Source: Hydrurus foetidus (taxonomy: Eukaryota). From it: DNA of 64,000 nucleotides. Position numbers and translations under genes: made by a program. Below are positions 33,068-46,601 of this stretch, piece by piece. Where the stretch lies: positions 1 to 64,000 of the forward strand of contig UYFQ01000290.1 in the NCBI GenBank assembly GCA_900617105.1. Reading direction: 5' to 3'. Every line of letters begins with the position of its first letter. Within the stretch, counting starts at the first letter, position 1. The notes under the pieces are model-generated. The model made no database searches. It saw only the letters and a list, made by a program, of their open reading frames with translations, and was not told where the DNA came from.

Positions 33068-33265
33068 TAGAACCTAGAACCTAGAACCTAGAACCTAGAA
33101 CCTAGAACCTAGAACCTAGAACCTAGAACCTAGAACCTAGAACCTAGAACCTAGAACCTAGAACCTAGAACCTAGAACCTAGAACCTAGAACCTAGAACC
33201 TAGAACCTAGAACCTAGAACCTAGAACCTAGAACCTAGAACCTAGAACCTAGAACCCAGAACCCT
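33068..33265. repeat. 7-bp tandem array (TAGAACC)n = (TTCTAGG)n, about 27 copies
   Basis: Perfect repeat read directly, ending in degenerate AGAACCCAGAACCCTA. Confidence 0.97.
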
Positions 33266-33746
33266 ATTTCGAGGATTGGTTTTAAATTGAAGAGATGCTC
33301 TAGTTTTAATCAATTTGAAAACCAACATGCTAGCGCGCATCCGAAGAATTTGTTAAAAGACAGTATCATGATTGTTAGAATTGCCTGTTGCCGCATGTGA
33401 TATCTGCTAAATTGGCATTGTGGAGTATTCTCAAAATGCCGTTCAGAGCGAAAGACATCTACATTATAGCCCTCACTTATTAGAGATAAATTGGAGTTCT
33501 CCCGATAGATGAGTGGAAAAATTTGATTTAATGACGGTACTCAAAATTTTGAGTTGTTTACAGCTGGTACGGAGAACGTACCCTCTGCTGCTAATGCAGA
33601 ACTATAAATGATCAACAATTAAACAACTCACAAGTCACTCACATCATGCGCCGCGCGCAACTTCGCATGGTAATATACAAATGAGACGTGTCCTATGTCC
33701 TAGATGAATTGTTGGATTGGCAGCATCGTTGCACTGTGTCATTCTC

Positions 33747-36700
33747 ATGCCTTCGAAGGCTAGCGAGGCTGTATTAAGTTCTCAACAGGATAATGTCTTG
33801 GTTGATTGTTGCAGCTCTGATGAGGACTCCCTCTCCGGAAAGTTCGTATTGGCACGAACAGATATTAGGAAAAAGTCCGGACAACTGTGGACTTTACTGA
33901 CCGAGTATCGTGATGGAGTGTTTTGTAGCAGCGAATCTCGTTTTCCACCAATGGTGTTGCTTCTGCAGCATTTTGAAGTGCTCCTTCCAACCGCTGTTAT
34001 CAAAGAAGTGTCCATTCTTGTATCGAAGTATTTCCAGGAGCAAAAGTACAACGAATCAATTGAGGATTATCTTCTCTCAACGAGCTGCCTATATGGGAAA
34101 TTACGTAAAGTAATTGGTCATTACGCTTTTGATCGTGTGAGTAGGAAACTCAGGGATGGAGAATGCACTATGGCTGTAGGGTTAGCACCCTCAGCTACTC
34201 TGCGATCTCAGAAATGCTCAAAATGCAAAGCGCGCCGATGTCTTCATACCTTTTGCGCTGAGTGTGGTCACATATTTGACGTAAAGGTTGAACTGTGTAA
34301 GGAAATGAGCATAAGACCAACAGCTGCGAAGGTGCCTCAGGAACAGGAGAGGTCGAAGAAAAAACACCAATCAAATAAGGCTCTAAATGTGCAAGATTCG
34401 GTCATACCAACAACTGAAAGTCAGAATGCGTCTCGGAAAAAGGTCGATGATTTTCGAAAGCGATGCAATCAAGAAGGAATAGCAGGTCAAGATAACACAA
34501 CTGCTAATTCGTGAGATAGGAATGAAGATCTTGCCGATAAAATTATTGTCAGAACAATTTCATCATAAAGAACAACATTCTTTGTAATTAGGAATTAAGG
34601 AGCTGTTCCGATTTTCGAAAGACGCGAAATTGTTCCGAAGCTATGGAGGGGATATTCTTTTTCTTCTTCGGAACATTGCTGTAACAGCTATAGGAGATGC
34701 AAGACAACTTGCGACTTCTTGCTTTCAACAGGTAAATCACTGTTCCTATGGGAATGTTCTGTTTTATTTGATGTTTCACATCCGCCTTCACGACCCTTAC
34801 ATGCGACTCAGATCAGAAATCACCCATATCATCCTACGTCCTTACGTCTTGCTATCTGTCATTAATCACGAGGAAACGAATTTGCTGACTTATTGTATTT
34901 GAAGGGCAATCACAGATTTTTATGCGTTGTGACGCATCTGCTGATATTATTCTGCCCATCATTCTGCCTATTATTTTACATATTCGGAATATTATTCTTT
35001 TTATTAAGCATATATTCTGCTGTTCCTCCGAACAATCTGTGTCCAGGTATGTACTAGATGGATGGAGCACATGAAAGCGCTCGGCATCAATTTACCCGAC
35101 ATGAATGAAGGAGATGAAGAGATTCTGATTGAGAAAATGAATGATGCGGTCATAAAGGATACAGTGGAAGGGCTTTATGTTATCACTAAAATTCTCGTCA
35201 TTGGAAGTAGAGATAGAAAAATTCTTGTGAGTAAAAAATGGAACAGTGAATTTGACTGCCCAAAATCTGAGCAAATAAAAAGTAAAAACGAAAATCAATT
35301 ATCGGATATAGCAGCTAAAAAAAGTAAAAATTCACCGAAGAAGAGTGATGTTAATAATATATTAAATAAAAAAATGGGTGCTGATTTAGATGCCGGAAAT
35401 GAAGAATCAGATGATGATTCCATCGAGTTTGTTGGTGTCAAGAAGTCTGGCGATGCTGCTATTGTGATGCAGTGTAAAGCGAAAGATGGTAATGATGATG
35501 ATAATGAGAATGTTGCAGATCACGGCCAAAATAAAAATCTGAAAAAAAGGAAATTATCATGTGGTCCTGTCGATAAAAGTTTAAATTCAGAGAAGTCCAA
35601 CTCGAATGATGCTTTAAAAGCTGTTCCAAACAGTACCAAAAATGATGAAGAAAAAGATAAAGATAAAGATAAAGATAAAGAAATTGATAGCTCAAAAAGT
35701 ATTGTGAACCCGAATACAGAAATTGATACTTCTGAACTCCCTCTGGGTTTCGAAGGAGATGCGATGATAATAAAGGAATGTCTGTCTTCTCGGCTGGACA
35801 ACTATCACAGTCATGTCGTAGATTTCACACCTGCTAAAATCAATGCGAAGAAAACTTGCAAGGCTTTGATGCTGCCCGTTACGAGGTCTGTGCACTGCAG
35901 TAAGTGCGGTCCGACTGGTACGTACATCTAATGTACATGTGTAATTATGTTTGTGATAGGAAGAGTGTCTGACATTTTTTGATAATTTTCGTTATCATAG
36001 CATTAATGTATGTTGACGCGTGCGTACTTGTTGAAGAAGTGATTGTAATAGGAGTTATGCATCCGATCAAGTTCTTACGAATCTTACTTTATCACTTACC
36101 TGTTATGTAGAAGAGCTGTAAGGATACGCTGGAAGATTTTTCATTCGTAAAATATGTCAAATTGCTATTAATTATAGTGCTGATTATTTCCATATAACAT
36201 TAATTGTTTCTTCGTTCGACAAGGTTTCTAATTATTGGAACTTTGTAATTCTGTTTTTGTTGTGAAGGTTGATAAGGTGACTTTTTATGTATTTTGCATG
36301 GGTCGTGTAAAATACGAAATCATTAAATTGATTCAAATTATTGTTCACGATTAATTGCACATATATTACGTACATTTCACTTATTTTGTGTACATCGCAT
36401 TCAGCAATACAGTCTCGTACAATTTATATTCGTCATCGAAATTCATCAAAAATAATAAAACATTCTTAATTTCACCTTTACACAGAAAAATGTAAAGGGA
36501 GGAATGCATGCGAAAAGTGTCAAGAATTATTTCGAGAACACATAGATTACTCCTCCGCACTTGACACACTCTTATGGCCGTTTTTCTTTACAAATGTGGA
36601 GACAGTAGGAAGCTATCAATACAAAACATATTGTCAAAATATGTTGCAATTACTTCCAATACTTAGATGCTATTCCAGTAAATTAGATCTTGATCATCGG

Positions 36701-38990
36701 TCTTTTATTTGGCAATGTTATTTTGTCACTCATGTTGTGTATATATTTTCAGACTATGGGCAACACACTTTGAATAGACAAATATTTGCTGAGGAGTTCA
36801 GATTTATTGTTCTTAATCTAGATTACGTGGGAACTGAACTTAAGGTGATATAATTTCTGATTTGTTATTATATTATTGAGTTTTATTCATGATAACTGCT
36901 ATCACTATTTTATTATCACTATTTATTATCACTATTTATTATCACTATTTATTATCACTATCTTTATTTATTATTATTGATTAGTATCGCCAGTCGTTAT
37001 TGTTGATTATCGCCATCGATTATGCCGGTCATTGTTATCGTCATCATCACCATTATCCATATTTATTTTCTGGTATTCTTTACTTTCTTAAATCATTTAC
37101 ACTGAATTTCTCTCCTTTTCAACTATTTATTACAAAACAAGTAGAAATAACCGCTGCGTAATTTTAATTATTGACAAACTAGGCAATTTTTTCTCTTTAG
37201 TTCTCTTCATATTTATGTTCCAGCACGACATAGCTACAATACTTATCAGCACTACCTCTTCTACCTCATCTACTTCATCTAAAAATAGATGTTCTATTAT
37301 TTTTAGGATATGGAAGTGCTAGGAGAGTTTGTACATTGTCTGAAGATTTTGCAGGTACTGTTTTCAATTCGTTTCTAGCACGTACTACTGCACGTATTCT
37401 CATATGATATCTATTGTCGGAATCAAAACTTATCAAAAAAATTGTGGTCATGTACTCGAATATGAGGAGTGAGAGCCACGTATATCGCTCCATATGCATC
37501 GGTTCATTCTTCATTCCTGTCACCCTTTCTCTCTTCATTCGCTTTACATCTCTCTCTCTCTCTCTCTTCCTCTCCCTCCCTCTAATCTTTTTCCATTTCT
37601 CTTCCTTTGCTTCTCCCTTCACCTCCCGGCAATTTATTCTCTATTTTTTCTTTTTTTTCTATTTCTTGTGGAGCAGTACACGGAGGAGGCGGACCCAGAA
37701 CTCGAACTCCTAGTGACGTCAGCACTGCAAACTCTCCTGAACAGAAGACGAGCTGCTAAAGCGCAGTCAGCTTCCTCTTCGTCTTCTTCAGCTTCTCAAG
37801 TTGAGAGGTTCGTGTGGTGTGGTGTGGTGTGATGTGGTGCGACATGATGTAATGTGGTGCGACATGATGTGATGTGAAATTGATGCTATGTCGCGTTTTG
37901 TCATGGGAAGGGATGGGATGGGATGGGATGTGTGTTGTGATGTGATGTGATGTGAGGCAATTGACACCTGCAAATTAATGGGGAGAGGATAAAATGTGAT
38001 GGAAGAGGGTAGACTAGAGAATTTAATTGGTGCTAACTTATGAGAGTGTTTGCGCTACCAACTTTCCCTCAAATTCCCCGACTTTCAAATATCCGAGAAT
38101 TTTCGTATTTTGGGGGGTATCCGTGTTTGTGGCGGTAAATTTCCGAGATCAAATTTCCCTAAGTTGGCGGAGATTTGCATTTTTCGTCGGAGATTTCAAA
38201 CGGACCCCCAAGGTCCCCGGAAATTGTAGGGGTAAAATCGGTGGAAATTTGAAAGCGCAAACACCCTATTGTTGGGCGCATTTCTTCTTTCACTCCACCT
38301 TCATCATCAATCATATGGCCACAGTATTTTCCAAAAGGAAATGTCTAAAACTATTTCTCCGCTGGGAAATCATTTACAACTCCGCATATGTAATTGCGAA
38401 AATTTGTACACCTCTTACTGTACTCTGTATACATCACGATTCTATTCACATTTCTTTCTTTCTCTCTTCCTTCCTTCCTGAGTCTAGAAGATGATGTTCT
38501 TTGTCAATTAGAAAAGAAGTACAAAGCCTACCATACCAGCTATTGTGCGGCAATCGGTCTACTAAACTATGAATACCTTCAGGTCAGTGAATGCAACACA
38601 AAATGAGTATGATAGATTATATGAGTAGATAGCCGCAGGTCACAGCTCACTATCTCATACTTTGCCATACAAGACGAGTTCAATAAAATTCTCTCATAAT
38701 GTGTTATCTTCTGTTCTTCCCTATTTTCTCCTACTCTCTCTTCCTTTCTCATCTATCGTCGTTCCCGTTCTTTTCTTCAATTTTTTATTTCTATCCCCAT
38801 TTTCTTCTCTTCTCTTCTATATGCACGCCCTTTCTCTTCTCTGTTGCTGTTGTTTTGTTCCTTTCTCTCATTTCCTTCTATGATTTTCTTCTAGAATGAC
38901 GAGACTCGGCTGCATCCACCGGTATCCGGTATATTCAAATTCTGCGATACGTACGTACACTGAATCGCAGCAATACTCCAGTGAAAGATA
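33747..38990 (+). CDS. Hypothetical multi-exon protein with a Cys-rich motif, a K/D/N-rich linker and a helical C-terminal domain
   Basis: Coding-looking segments on one strand: 33747-~34485 (CSKC..CAECG), 34590-34731, 35048-35917, ~36620-36845 (CYFVTHVVYIFSDYG..EEF), ~37675-37810 and ~38488-38582 (YHTSYCAAIGL). Exon linkage is uncertain. Confidence 0.5.
36898..36965. repeat. 12-bp AT-rich minisatellite (ATCACTATTTATT-like), intronic
   Basis: About five consecutive TATCACTA-containing units. Confidence 0.85.
38042..38268. mobile_element. Putative MITE with imperfect TIRs, intronic
   Basis: GAGAGTGTTTGCGCT ... AGCGCAAACACCCTA, plus an internal inverted pair TTGGGGGGTATCCG / CGGACCCCCAA. No TSD recognisable. 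Confidence 0.6.
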
Positions 38991-39547
38991 AGAGCGAGTG
39001 AAGGGGATAGAAGATAGGAGGAATAGGAGATATGGAAGGAAAAAGGAGGAGATGCCAAAACAGGAGATAGAGGGAGATATTAACGCAGGGAAAGATAGGA
39101 GAGACATGATGAGAGAAGAGACGGGGTAAGAGTTACACGGTATAATTCTACAGTGGCTTCGGTGTTGTATGATGTTGATAAGAAGATATATTGAATTTAA
39201 TAGGCCAATATTCTCAGTAAAGTTCACAACTTGTACCATACTCGAAATTTAATGAAATTTATTAAACCTACTCTGCCATTGAGAGCTCTCAGTAATTCAT
39301 GCACATTGACAAATTAGCAGCTGATGATTTTGTTCGAGAAAAGAAGCAAACTTCTCTAATAAAGGCGAAATTCCATAATTTAATTAAAGGAACAGTTTAG
39401 GGTAGGGTTTACTGTCGAGTTTGGTGTGCAAGCGATTCTGTTTGTTTTTGCGTCATGTGCTTGAGGGACTTTATATTTGGATCCTCTATGGAAAGGCAAC
39501 ATAGAAAATAAAAGGTGTTCATCGCTGTGACCAAATTAAATCGCATT

Positions 39548-39792
39548 TCATGTACAGGTGAGAGACACTTCTATCATCATGTACAGGTGAGAGGCACTTC
39601 TATCATCATGTACAGGTGAGAGGCACTTCTATCATCATGTACAGGTGAGAGACACTTCTATCATCATGTACAGGTGAGAGACACTTCTATCATCATGTAC
39701 AGGTGAGAGACACTTCTATCATCATGTACAGGTGAGAGACACTTCTATCATCATGTACAGGTGAGAGACACTTCTATCATCATGTACAGGTG
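39548..39792. repeat. 29-bp minisatellite TCATGTACAGGTGAGAGACACTTCTATCA, 8 full copies plus a partial
   Basis: Read directly; two copies carry an A>G variant; no spacers. Confidence 0.97.
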
Positions 39793-40423
39793 CTCGGGTG
39801 TAGAGCTCTCTATCTAGTGGATGGATGCGTATTGTATCATCTAATTGGTTTGACAGACAACGCATCAGAGCCCCATGACTCAGCAGGAGTGCTGTGAACT
39901 GGAAACCGTCTCACGTACTAGACGACTTACCAGCACTGCCCCGTCCTGTCCGTACCGATAGGATGCGTAATGCTTGTCCTCTTTCAGGATACATACAGTA
40001 GACTAGAGGATCCGTTCACCGATACATGTGTGCAGGAGTTGAATAATTGTTGGTGAAGGAGCGGGTCTGTTGTTCCGTTATTCGAATCCATGAGAACTAT
40101 TATTATTATGCCTGGCCGAAAAGCGTTACATCGTCACGATCCCAGGTCCCAATATTCTCAAAATTTCAAAGAAAGAGTGAGAAGCGACAGTTTGAGCTTT
40201 GACATCTATAAAAAACAAAAAGAAGAGACACATATCCTATAATGTGAATGACTGCACAGGACAGGACATGATCGGGTAAAATAGAAAAGACCGGACCGGA
40301 CATAAAACACGGATCAAATAGGGGGTGATTTGATGACTATAAACAATATGAAAACACCTCATCAGCGCCCACTGCTGCTTGCTATCACTACCACTCACTT
40401 ACTATCACTCACTTACTAACTAT

Positions 40424-42669
40424 CTAGACCGCGTTGGCGGCTTTGAGGATATCCTCTTGGGCCTTGATAACTATCGTGATCTCGTCAATGGTGTCCATCG
40501 ACTCTATGGTGCCCGGCACTTTGTACTCATCACCGTTAGCGATAGACCGAATAATGGTTCGCAGGATCTTTCCTGACCTTGTCTTGGGAAGACCCTTCAC
40601 TTGTACAGCACTCTTGAAGAATGCGACAGGACCAAGCTTCTCTCTCACCATAGCAACTACCTCGTTTTTGACATCCTCCTCGCTCTTGACACTGTTGTCG
40701 TTGAGCACGAAGAGCCCCAGAGGGACGTGTCCTCTCAGGTGGTCACGCACTCCTACCACAGCCACCTCCGCGATATCAGGGTGATCTGCCAAGATCTATC
40801 AAAACGCGATAGAGAAAAAGGAGAATGAGTGAGGGTAAAGTGAGGATTCAAATCAGCATGGCTTGCACTTCGTAGATTCAGTTGTCATATTGTCCATTGT
40901 AGGAACTGCTTACCTCTTCCATGGCACCGCAACTCAATCTGTGTCCCGCAACATTGATGACGTCATCTGTGCGACTCATCACATGCACATAGCCATCAGT
41001 GTCGATTATGCCGGCATCTCCGGTGTCATAGAAGCCGGGGATAGCAGCCATGTAGGACGAGATGTATCTCTTGTCGTTATTGTAGAGAGTCAACATGCTG
41101 CCTGGGGGAAGAGGGAGTTTGATCGCCAGTGTACCCAGGGTCCCAGGGGCAACCTGTTTGAGGTCAGAGTCCAGCACTTGAATGTCATATCCAGGACAAG
41201 GTCTGTACGTGCTGCCGTACTTCACAGGGATGTAGCCGTCAATGCCCACCATGTTAGAGCACACAGGCCATCCGGTCTCGGTCTGCCACCAGTGGTCACG
41301 GATTGGAACCTTAAGGGTGTTCTCAGCCCAATGAACTGTGTCGGGATCGGCTCTCTCTCCCACTAGAAACAAATGCCGAAGGGAAGATAGATTGAATTTA
41401 GAGGGTAGGAGTCCTTCGGAGTCGGCTCTCTTTATCACGCGGAGAGCAGTGGGTGCGGTGAGCAGGACACTGACACTGTGCCTCTCGATTGTTCGCCAGA
41501 AGTTAGCTGCGTCAGGTGTTCCGATGGGTTTTCCTTCATACATTATGGTGGTTAGTCTGTGCAGCAGTGGGCCGTACACGATGAAGCTGTGGCCTACGAC
41601 CCATCCGACATCACTGTGTTGAGATAATTGAGAAGTGTGAGATTTACACGTGTACGTGAGAAGTCAACAGTTGAGCACTGAATGAGTCAGTCGAGATCAC
41701 ATGCGCTGTTCTTTCCTACCTTGCCGACCAGAAGACTTCTCCGGGCTTCATGCCGTAGACCTTGTCCATCGTCCACTTCAGTGCGACAGCGTGACCACCG
41801 TTGTCTCTAAGAACCCCCTTTGGGGCTCCGGTGGTACCCGATGTGTAGAGAATGTACAGTGGGTGATTCGCGGGGAGAGCTGCGCAGTCCTTCACGGGGG
41901 AAGTGACCTTGCTGACAGATTTCACCCAGTCAATGTCTCTGCCCTCCATCATAGATGCAGTCTTCTGTGGTCTCTGGAATACGATGCATTTATCTACTCT
42001 GTGTGTGTCTGCTGCGAGCTCGATGGCTGCATCAAGAAGTGGCTTGTACTCGATGACCTTTGCTCCGTCTATTCCGCATGAGGAACAGATGATCAGCTTG
42101 GGAGTGGAGTCTCTGATCCGGGTGGCGAGTTCCGGTGCTGCGAAGCCACCAAACACTACACTGTGTATGGCACCGATACGGGCACATGCCAGCATTGCCA
42201 CCGATGCCTCAGGGATATTTGGCATGTAAATGACGACCCTGTCGCCCTTCTCGACCCCTTGAGCGACAAGAAGTCCGGCGAAAGCATTTACTTGTTCGCT
42301 CAGCTGGTTGTAAGTAATTTTTCGGATTGTGTTCGTGACAGGGGAATCAAATATGATTGCAACTTGCTCTCCAAATCCATCTACTATGTGCCGATCGACG
42401 CAGTTGTAGCATGTGTTCATTTCTCCTCCTTTATACCATGTAAAGAATGGAGCTTTGCTGGAGTCTAGTACTTTCTCAGGCTCTTTAGACCAAATGATGT
42501 CTTTCCCAGCATTTCCCCAGAAATCCTCAGGGGCGATCAAACTATGTTTGTGAATGCCGATAGATGGATCAGTGTTTGAGATGGCGCTGAACTTCAAGAG
42601 TTGATTCAAAAAGCTCTTGCGAGCGTTGAGGGGGCGCCTTGTGGCCAAGAAGTTCGCAGCACATTTCAT
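40424..42669 (-). CDS. Propionyl-CoA synthetase / ACSS3-like acyl-CoA synthetase, 3 exons, probable mitochondrial presequence
   Basis: YILYTSGTTGAPKGVLRD, SDVGWVVGHS, DHWWQTETG, YDTGDAG, RTDDVINVAGHRL and LPKTRSGKILR. Confidence 0.93.
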
Positions 42670-43815
42670 TCTCGTGAGTCTATGCTTGCAGCGTGTAGTT
42701 TGTGCCTGTGCTGCGGAAACAGCAAGCTGGAGGAGTTGGTTACAATCGGCCCCAAGTTCAAGTTCAATACTTCTTAGCTTCATTAGATTTTCACGACACC
42801 TCTTTCAGAACTTGCCATAACACTGCAGTGTTTCATTCGCAAAGTTGAAGTACTCATCACAGATTGATGTGAGAGAACTTCCACCAAAATTAACTCTACC
42901 AAGGAGGAGTTCAACATACGTGTTTATCCCCCTTTGGGGAACAGTCATGTGCAGGTACAGTATACACAACAGGATAGGTATGAGTGGGTCTAGCGTCTAG
43001 CTTTACCGGTTAAAAAACTCAACTTCCGACCGTTGAACAACTCTTGAACTTTGATGTAAGGTCAACCGACAACAACATGTGGAAAGTGCATTTCTAGCGA
43101 ATATTGATTTAACACGCAAATATCAAAAGATGGCAGTGACGCTCAAAAAATGATAAGCATGATTGCGGCAACCGGGCTTCCTACATTCTGTTCAATTGAA
43201 TTAGTAGGTATCTTGCAAGGGCAGGTAAGGAATGTTGTAAGGGGTTGGAACAAGATGATCTCCTTTTTAGTTTTTTTGTCGATTTAAAATAAAGAAAAAG
43301 AATGGATTGATTCTTTATAATCTGTGTCACTGAAATCAAACACCTTCGCCGATCGGTTAAAAATATCATCCAATATCATTTAATGCGAGACAATCCACAT
43401 CGATGCATCGACTCAACAGACAGCAAAAAATTTACAAGATTAAAATACATTAGCACCGCACCACAGTCCATATGTCGTCTACAGTCTACAGTATCTTGAT
43501 TTCACATCTGCATCACAGTCATCGTGAAGTGAAATGATACTGAACAAACACTCAGAATTGCAACACCTATATATTCGGAATCGCGTGGCATTAAGCAATT
43601 GATTTCAATTGTAGTCTTAGCTTCTAATTGGGTTGCCCTCACATTTTGTATCTTATTATGCAGCTCATTCTCAACTGGCGTCACCTATCATGTACCAATT
43701 GTATACGGCATTCTCTCTTGCTACGTTCTGTTTCCGAAACATTTATTTCATTCGATCTTCACTTATCAGAAAAATTTCTACGATGCACCTTTCTCGCATT
43801 GTCGTTTTTTTAGTG

Positions 43816-44026
43816 TATTGTGCCGGTCATAACTATACGACGGAACCGCAAATAAAAACGATTTTTTTTTGCGGAACAGTCCCCAAAACCGGATTTTTGG
43901 GCAAAAAGAAGATTATTGTTACGGTTTTGAAACAAAAACCGTAACAATAATCGAAAATCCGTGGATTGTTCCGCAAAAAAAAGATTCCCCAAAAAAAGTC
44001 GTCGTATAGATATGACCGGCACAATA
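43816..44026. mobile_element. Foldback/MITE-like element with nested inverted repeats
   Basis: TATTGTGCCGGTCATA..CTATACGACG / CGTCGTATAG..TATGACCGGCACAATA; TTTTTTTTGCGGAACA / TGTTCCGCAAAAAAAA; GATTATTGTTACGGTTTT / AAAACCGTAACAATAATC. Confidence 0.7.
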
Positions 44027-45242
44027 GCGTTTTTTATTGCGTACCGCAACATTATTATTGCACGTATACGCTGTATTTCGTACGTAGAGATGTAGAGATC
44101 AATGGCCTGACAAACAACACACTCACACTCATTGCCGTCATTTTTTTCTCGTTTACTTCAATTTTCAAATGTGATCAATTTGAATACTAATCTCTCAATA
44201 AATATCACCACTAACATCCGTGGCAAATCATCGTCATATCTCGATCATTGAAAAAAGTTATCCGTACCAAGGCCCAAGTAAAGAATTAGTTTGTCAGTAA
44301 AAGAAACACAAATGCGACTTCACCGGAAAGTTGGAGAAATCATAATAGCAAAAGATCAAGTTGGTAAGAATGTGCTTATTTCGGATGTAAGCTTGATAGC
44401 AACAAGAAAATTGGAAGACAAACATACTGAGATACTTTCCAAAGGATTCCTTGTATTAAGAATCGAGATGAAGCTTCATGACAGCTTGCATAATTCTGTG
44501 ACGACCGTTCCTCTTGTTCGACTGACCACGATGAGCTCTCTAGCTACCCGAACTGTTCACTTTTTACTTTATATTTGCTTCGTCATCTTTTGCTCCATAC
44601 AGATTGGCCAGATACATTCTGAAACGTTAGGGTACGCAACTTTATCCTGATTGTTAAAGCTGTCAAATTCAGAGAAATGCAGAGAATATTCACTCAAGCA
44701 GAACAGTGAGAATTTCTGATGCAAGTTCTTCAATTTACGTTGATTTCTGATTTAAATTTCGCAAATTTAGAGCCCACAGAAAATCAATGCTCAGTGTTCT
44801 GAACAAGAATCGATTGAAATATCTTCACTCCAGCTTCATTTTACACGAAGGTTTCAAGGCAGCAGATCCCTGCAACTGCCAAATTGATTTGATTTGTCGG
44901 ATATAATGACGGGCCTTCTTAAAGAAGTCTCAGAATACTCTCCAGGGAGATTATTGATAGACTATCGCTTTACTCCAACATCAGTTTCTTCACCGTGACC
45001 CCCATCTCTATTCGTAATATCCTCGCATGTTTCCGACTCGCCCTCTCAGATGTGGATTTCTTAAATCACGACTGTGTACGGTTTGGCGTGCTGAGTAATT
45101 GCCGCAGTAATGTTAGGACTCCACAGGTACACAGCTCTAAAATAATTGCGACAGTCATTCCGCGCTTTCGGATATCGAAATCTTCAGCTTCTCATGATGC
45201 AAATAAGTCCTCACTTTAGGAATAATTCTCGGTGCGCTCCGT

Positions 45243-45530
45243 CTATCTTCTTTTTTCCTTGTTGCTACTGAGATACCCAAAAGTTCTCTCGCTGATGTTC
45301 TTGTACGCCTCCTTTACCAATGTTGGGGTGATTGGATCACATGCAACATTATATATGAAGAGCAGTATCGGTATGATGAAAACTAATGCGAGGACTGTCA
45401 GGACGGAAGTAGTGCCCCGTAAAGGATCTAAATCCTCTCGGCGTGGCTGCTGTGCTTTTTTCTCGTTCCGAGCTCCCATACAGCCTACAGAAAAGGCTAG
45501 GAGAAGATTTACAACAGCGCTAAACGCCAT
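45243..45530 (-). CDS. Small hypothetical membrane protein (signal peptide plus one TM helix)
   Basis: MAFSAVVNLLLAFSVGC N-terminus, hydrophobic VLTVLALVFIIPILLFIY segment, basic tail. Confidence 0.6.
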   Translation of the reverse strand: MAFSAVVNLLLAFSVGCMGARNEKKAQQPRREDLDPLRGTTSVLTVLALVFIIPILLFIYNVACDPITPTLVKEAYKNISERTFGYLSSNKEKRR

Positions 45531-46601
45531 CTGAAGATCGGATGTCTGGCTTGGGAAGGAGCTCGTATAGAAAATTTGAAGCGCAATCGAGGCTTCCGAT
45601 AAAATGTGCAATGTCGATGTTAAAACCGATGTCAAGACGTCGAAGGTCAAGGCACGAGTCACTGAAAAACTGAAGTAATTATTGGTATTGCATCTAATAA
45701 TCGGAAAATGCCCAATTCGTCAGGAAGGAAAACGTTTGGGAGTGTCCGGGTTCATTCATAATCGTTTGCCTCGTGATGGGGTCACTCATATAAAGCGGTC
45801 AGGGGCGGCTTGAAAAATATGGATCCAAAGTAGTAATAATTATACTATTAAAAATTAAAATATGCTACAACCACATAGTACTCCATGATCTGACTTCCAT
45901 CTTCCTTTGCGAGCCATAACATTGTATTCTAGAGTGATTGTTATTCAATATATTCGCTTTATATCCTAATTCAGGGATATAAACTACGGATCCATCCGGA
46001 CTGTCATCGATGGTTTCAATTCAGAAAAAGAAGATGATCAGATGATGATGAATGAATCAGACACAGTGTTACTGTGATGTTACCGTGCGGTAGTCGATGC
46101 CACTTCAAGCTGAAGGATTGGTACGCACGAGTTGTTTGGTGGCAGGTGTGCAGCGAGGTGATATAAGGGATGACCTGGGTATCCTTCACAAAGCTTAGAG
46201 TCGAGTGTTAGAATCGCGCCACAACGAATGAAAAATTCGTTCCACATGGAAGCACCGGAAGTAGCTTTCACAAGGAATTTCCACTATAATTCAGTTTTCT
46301 TCGCATTTATTTTCCAAGACTTTTGATATGCTTTATGGCAGCTGGTGAGACGCCACCTATAAGGGGGCAATGAGCCACGATAACATTCCGAAATATTGCA
46401 AAGATCAATAGCCGAGGTCTCTAATGATGAGATTTAGTCAAGGTAAAAAAGATGAAGTTTTGCTGATTTGATGCCTCGCAATTTCCCTTTCTAGACACGG
46501 GATGAAGCGTGCTCTGCTAAGGCTACAGGATCTAATCGTTACATTACAATTTTCACAAAAACAAAACAGATTATTCTGATTGAATAACTACAGGAATATT
46601 T

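Noticed and set aside
37275..38900. Short R/E-rich or F/L/S-rich ORFs
   Set aside because: They derive from CT-rich low-complexity intron sequence.
39548..39792. CRISPR array (29-bp repeats)
   Set aside because: Units are directly adjacent with no unique spacers, there are no cas genes, and the context is eukaryotic.
44200..45220. Coding-looking sequence upstream of the small membrane protein
   Set aside because: Frames are interrupted by stops and show no recognisable motif.
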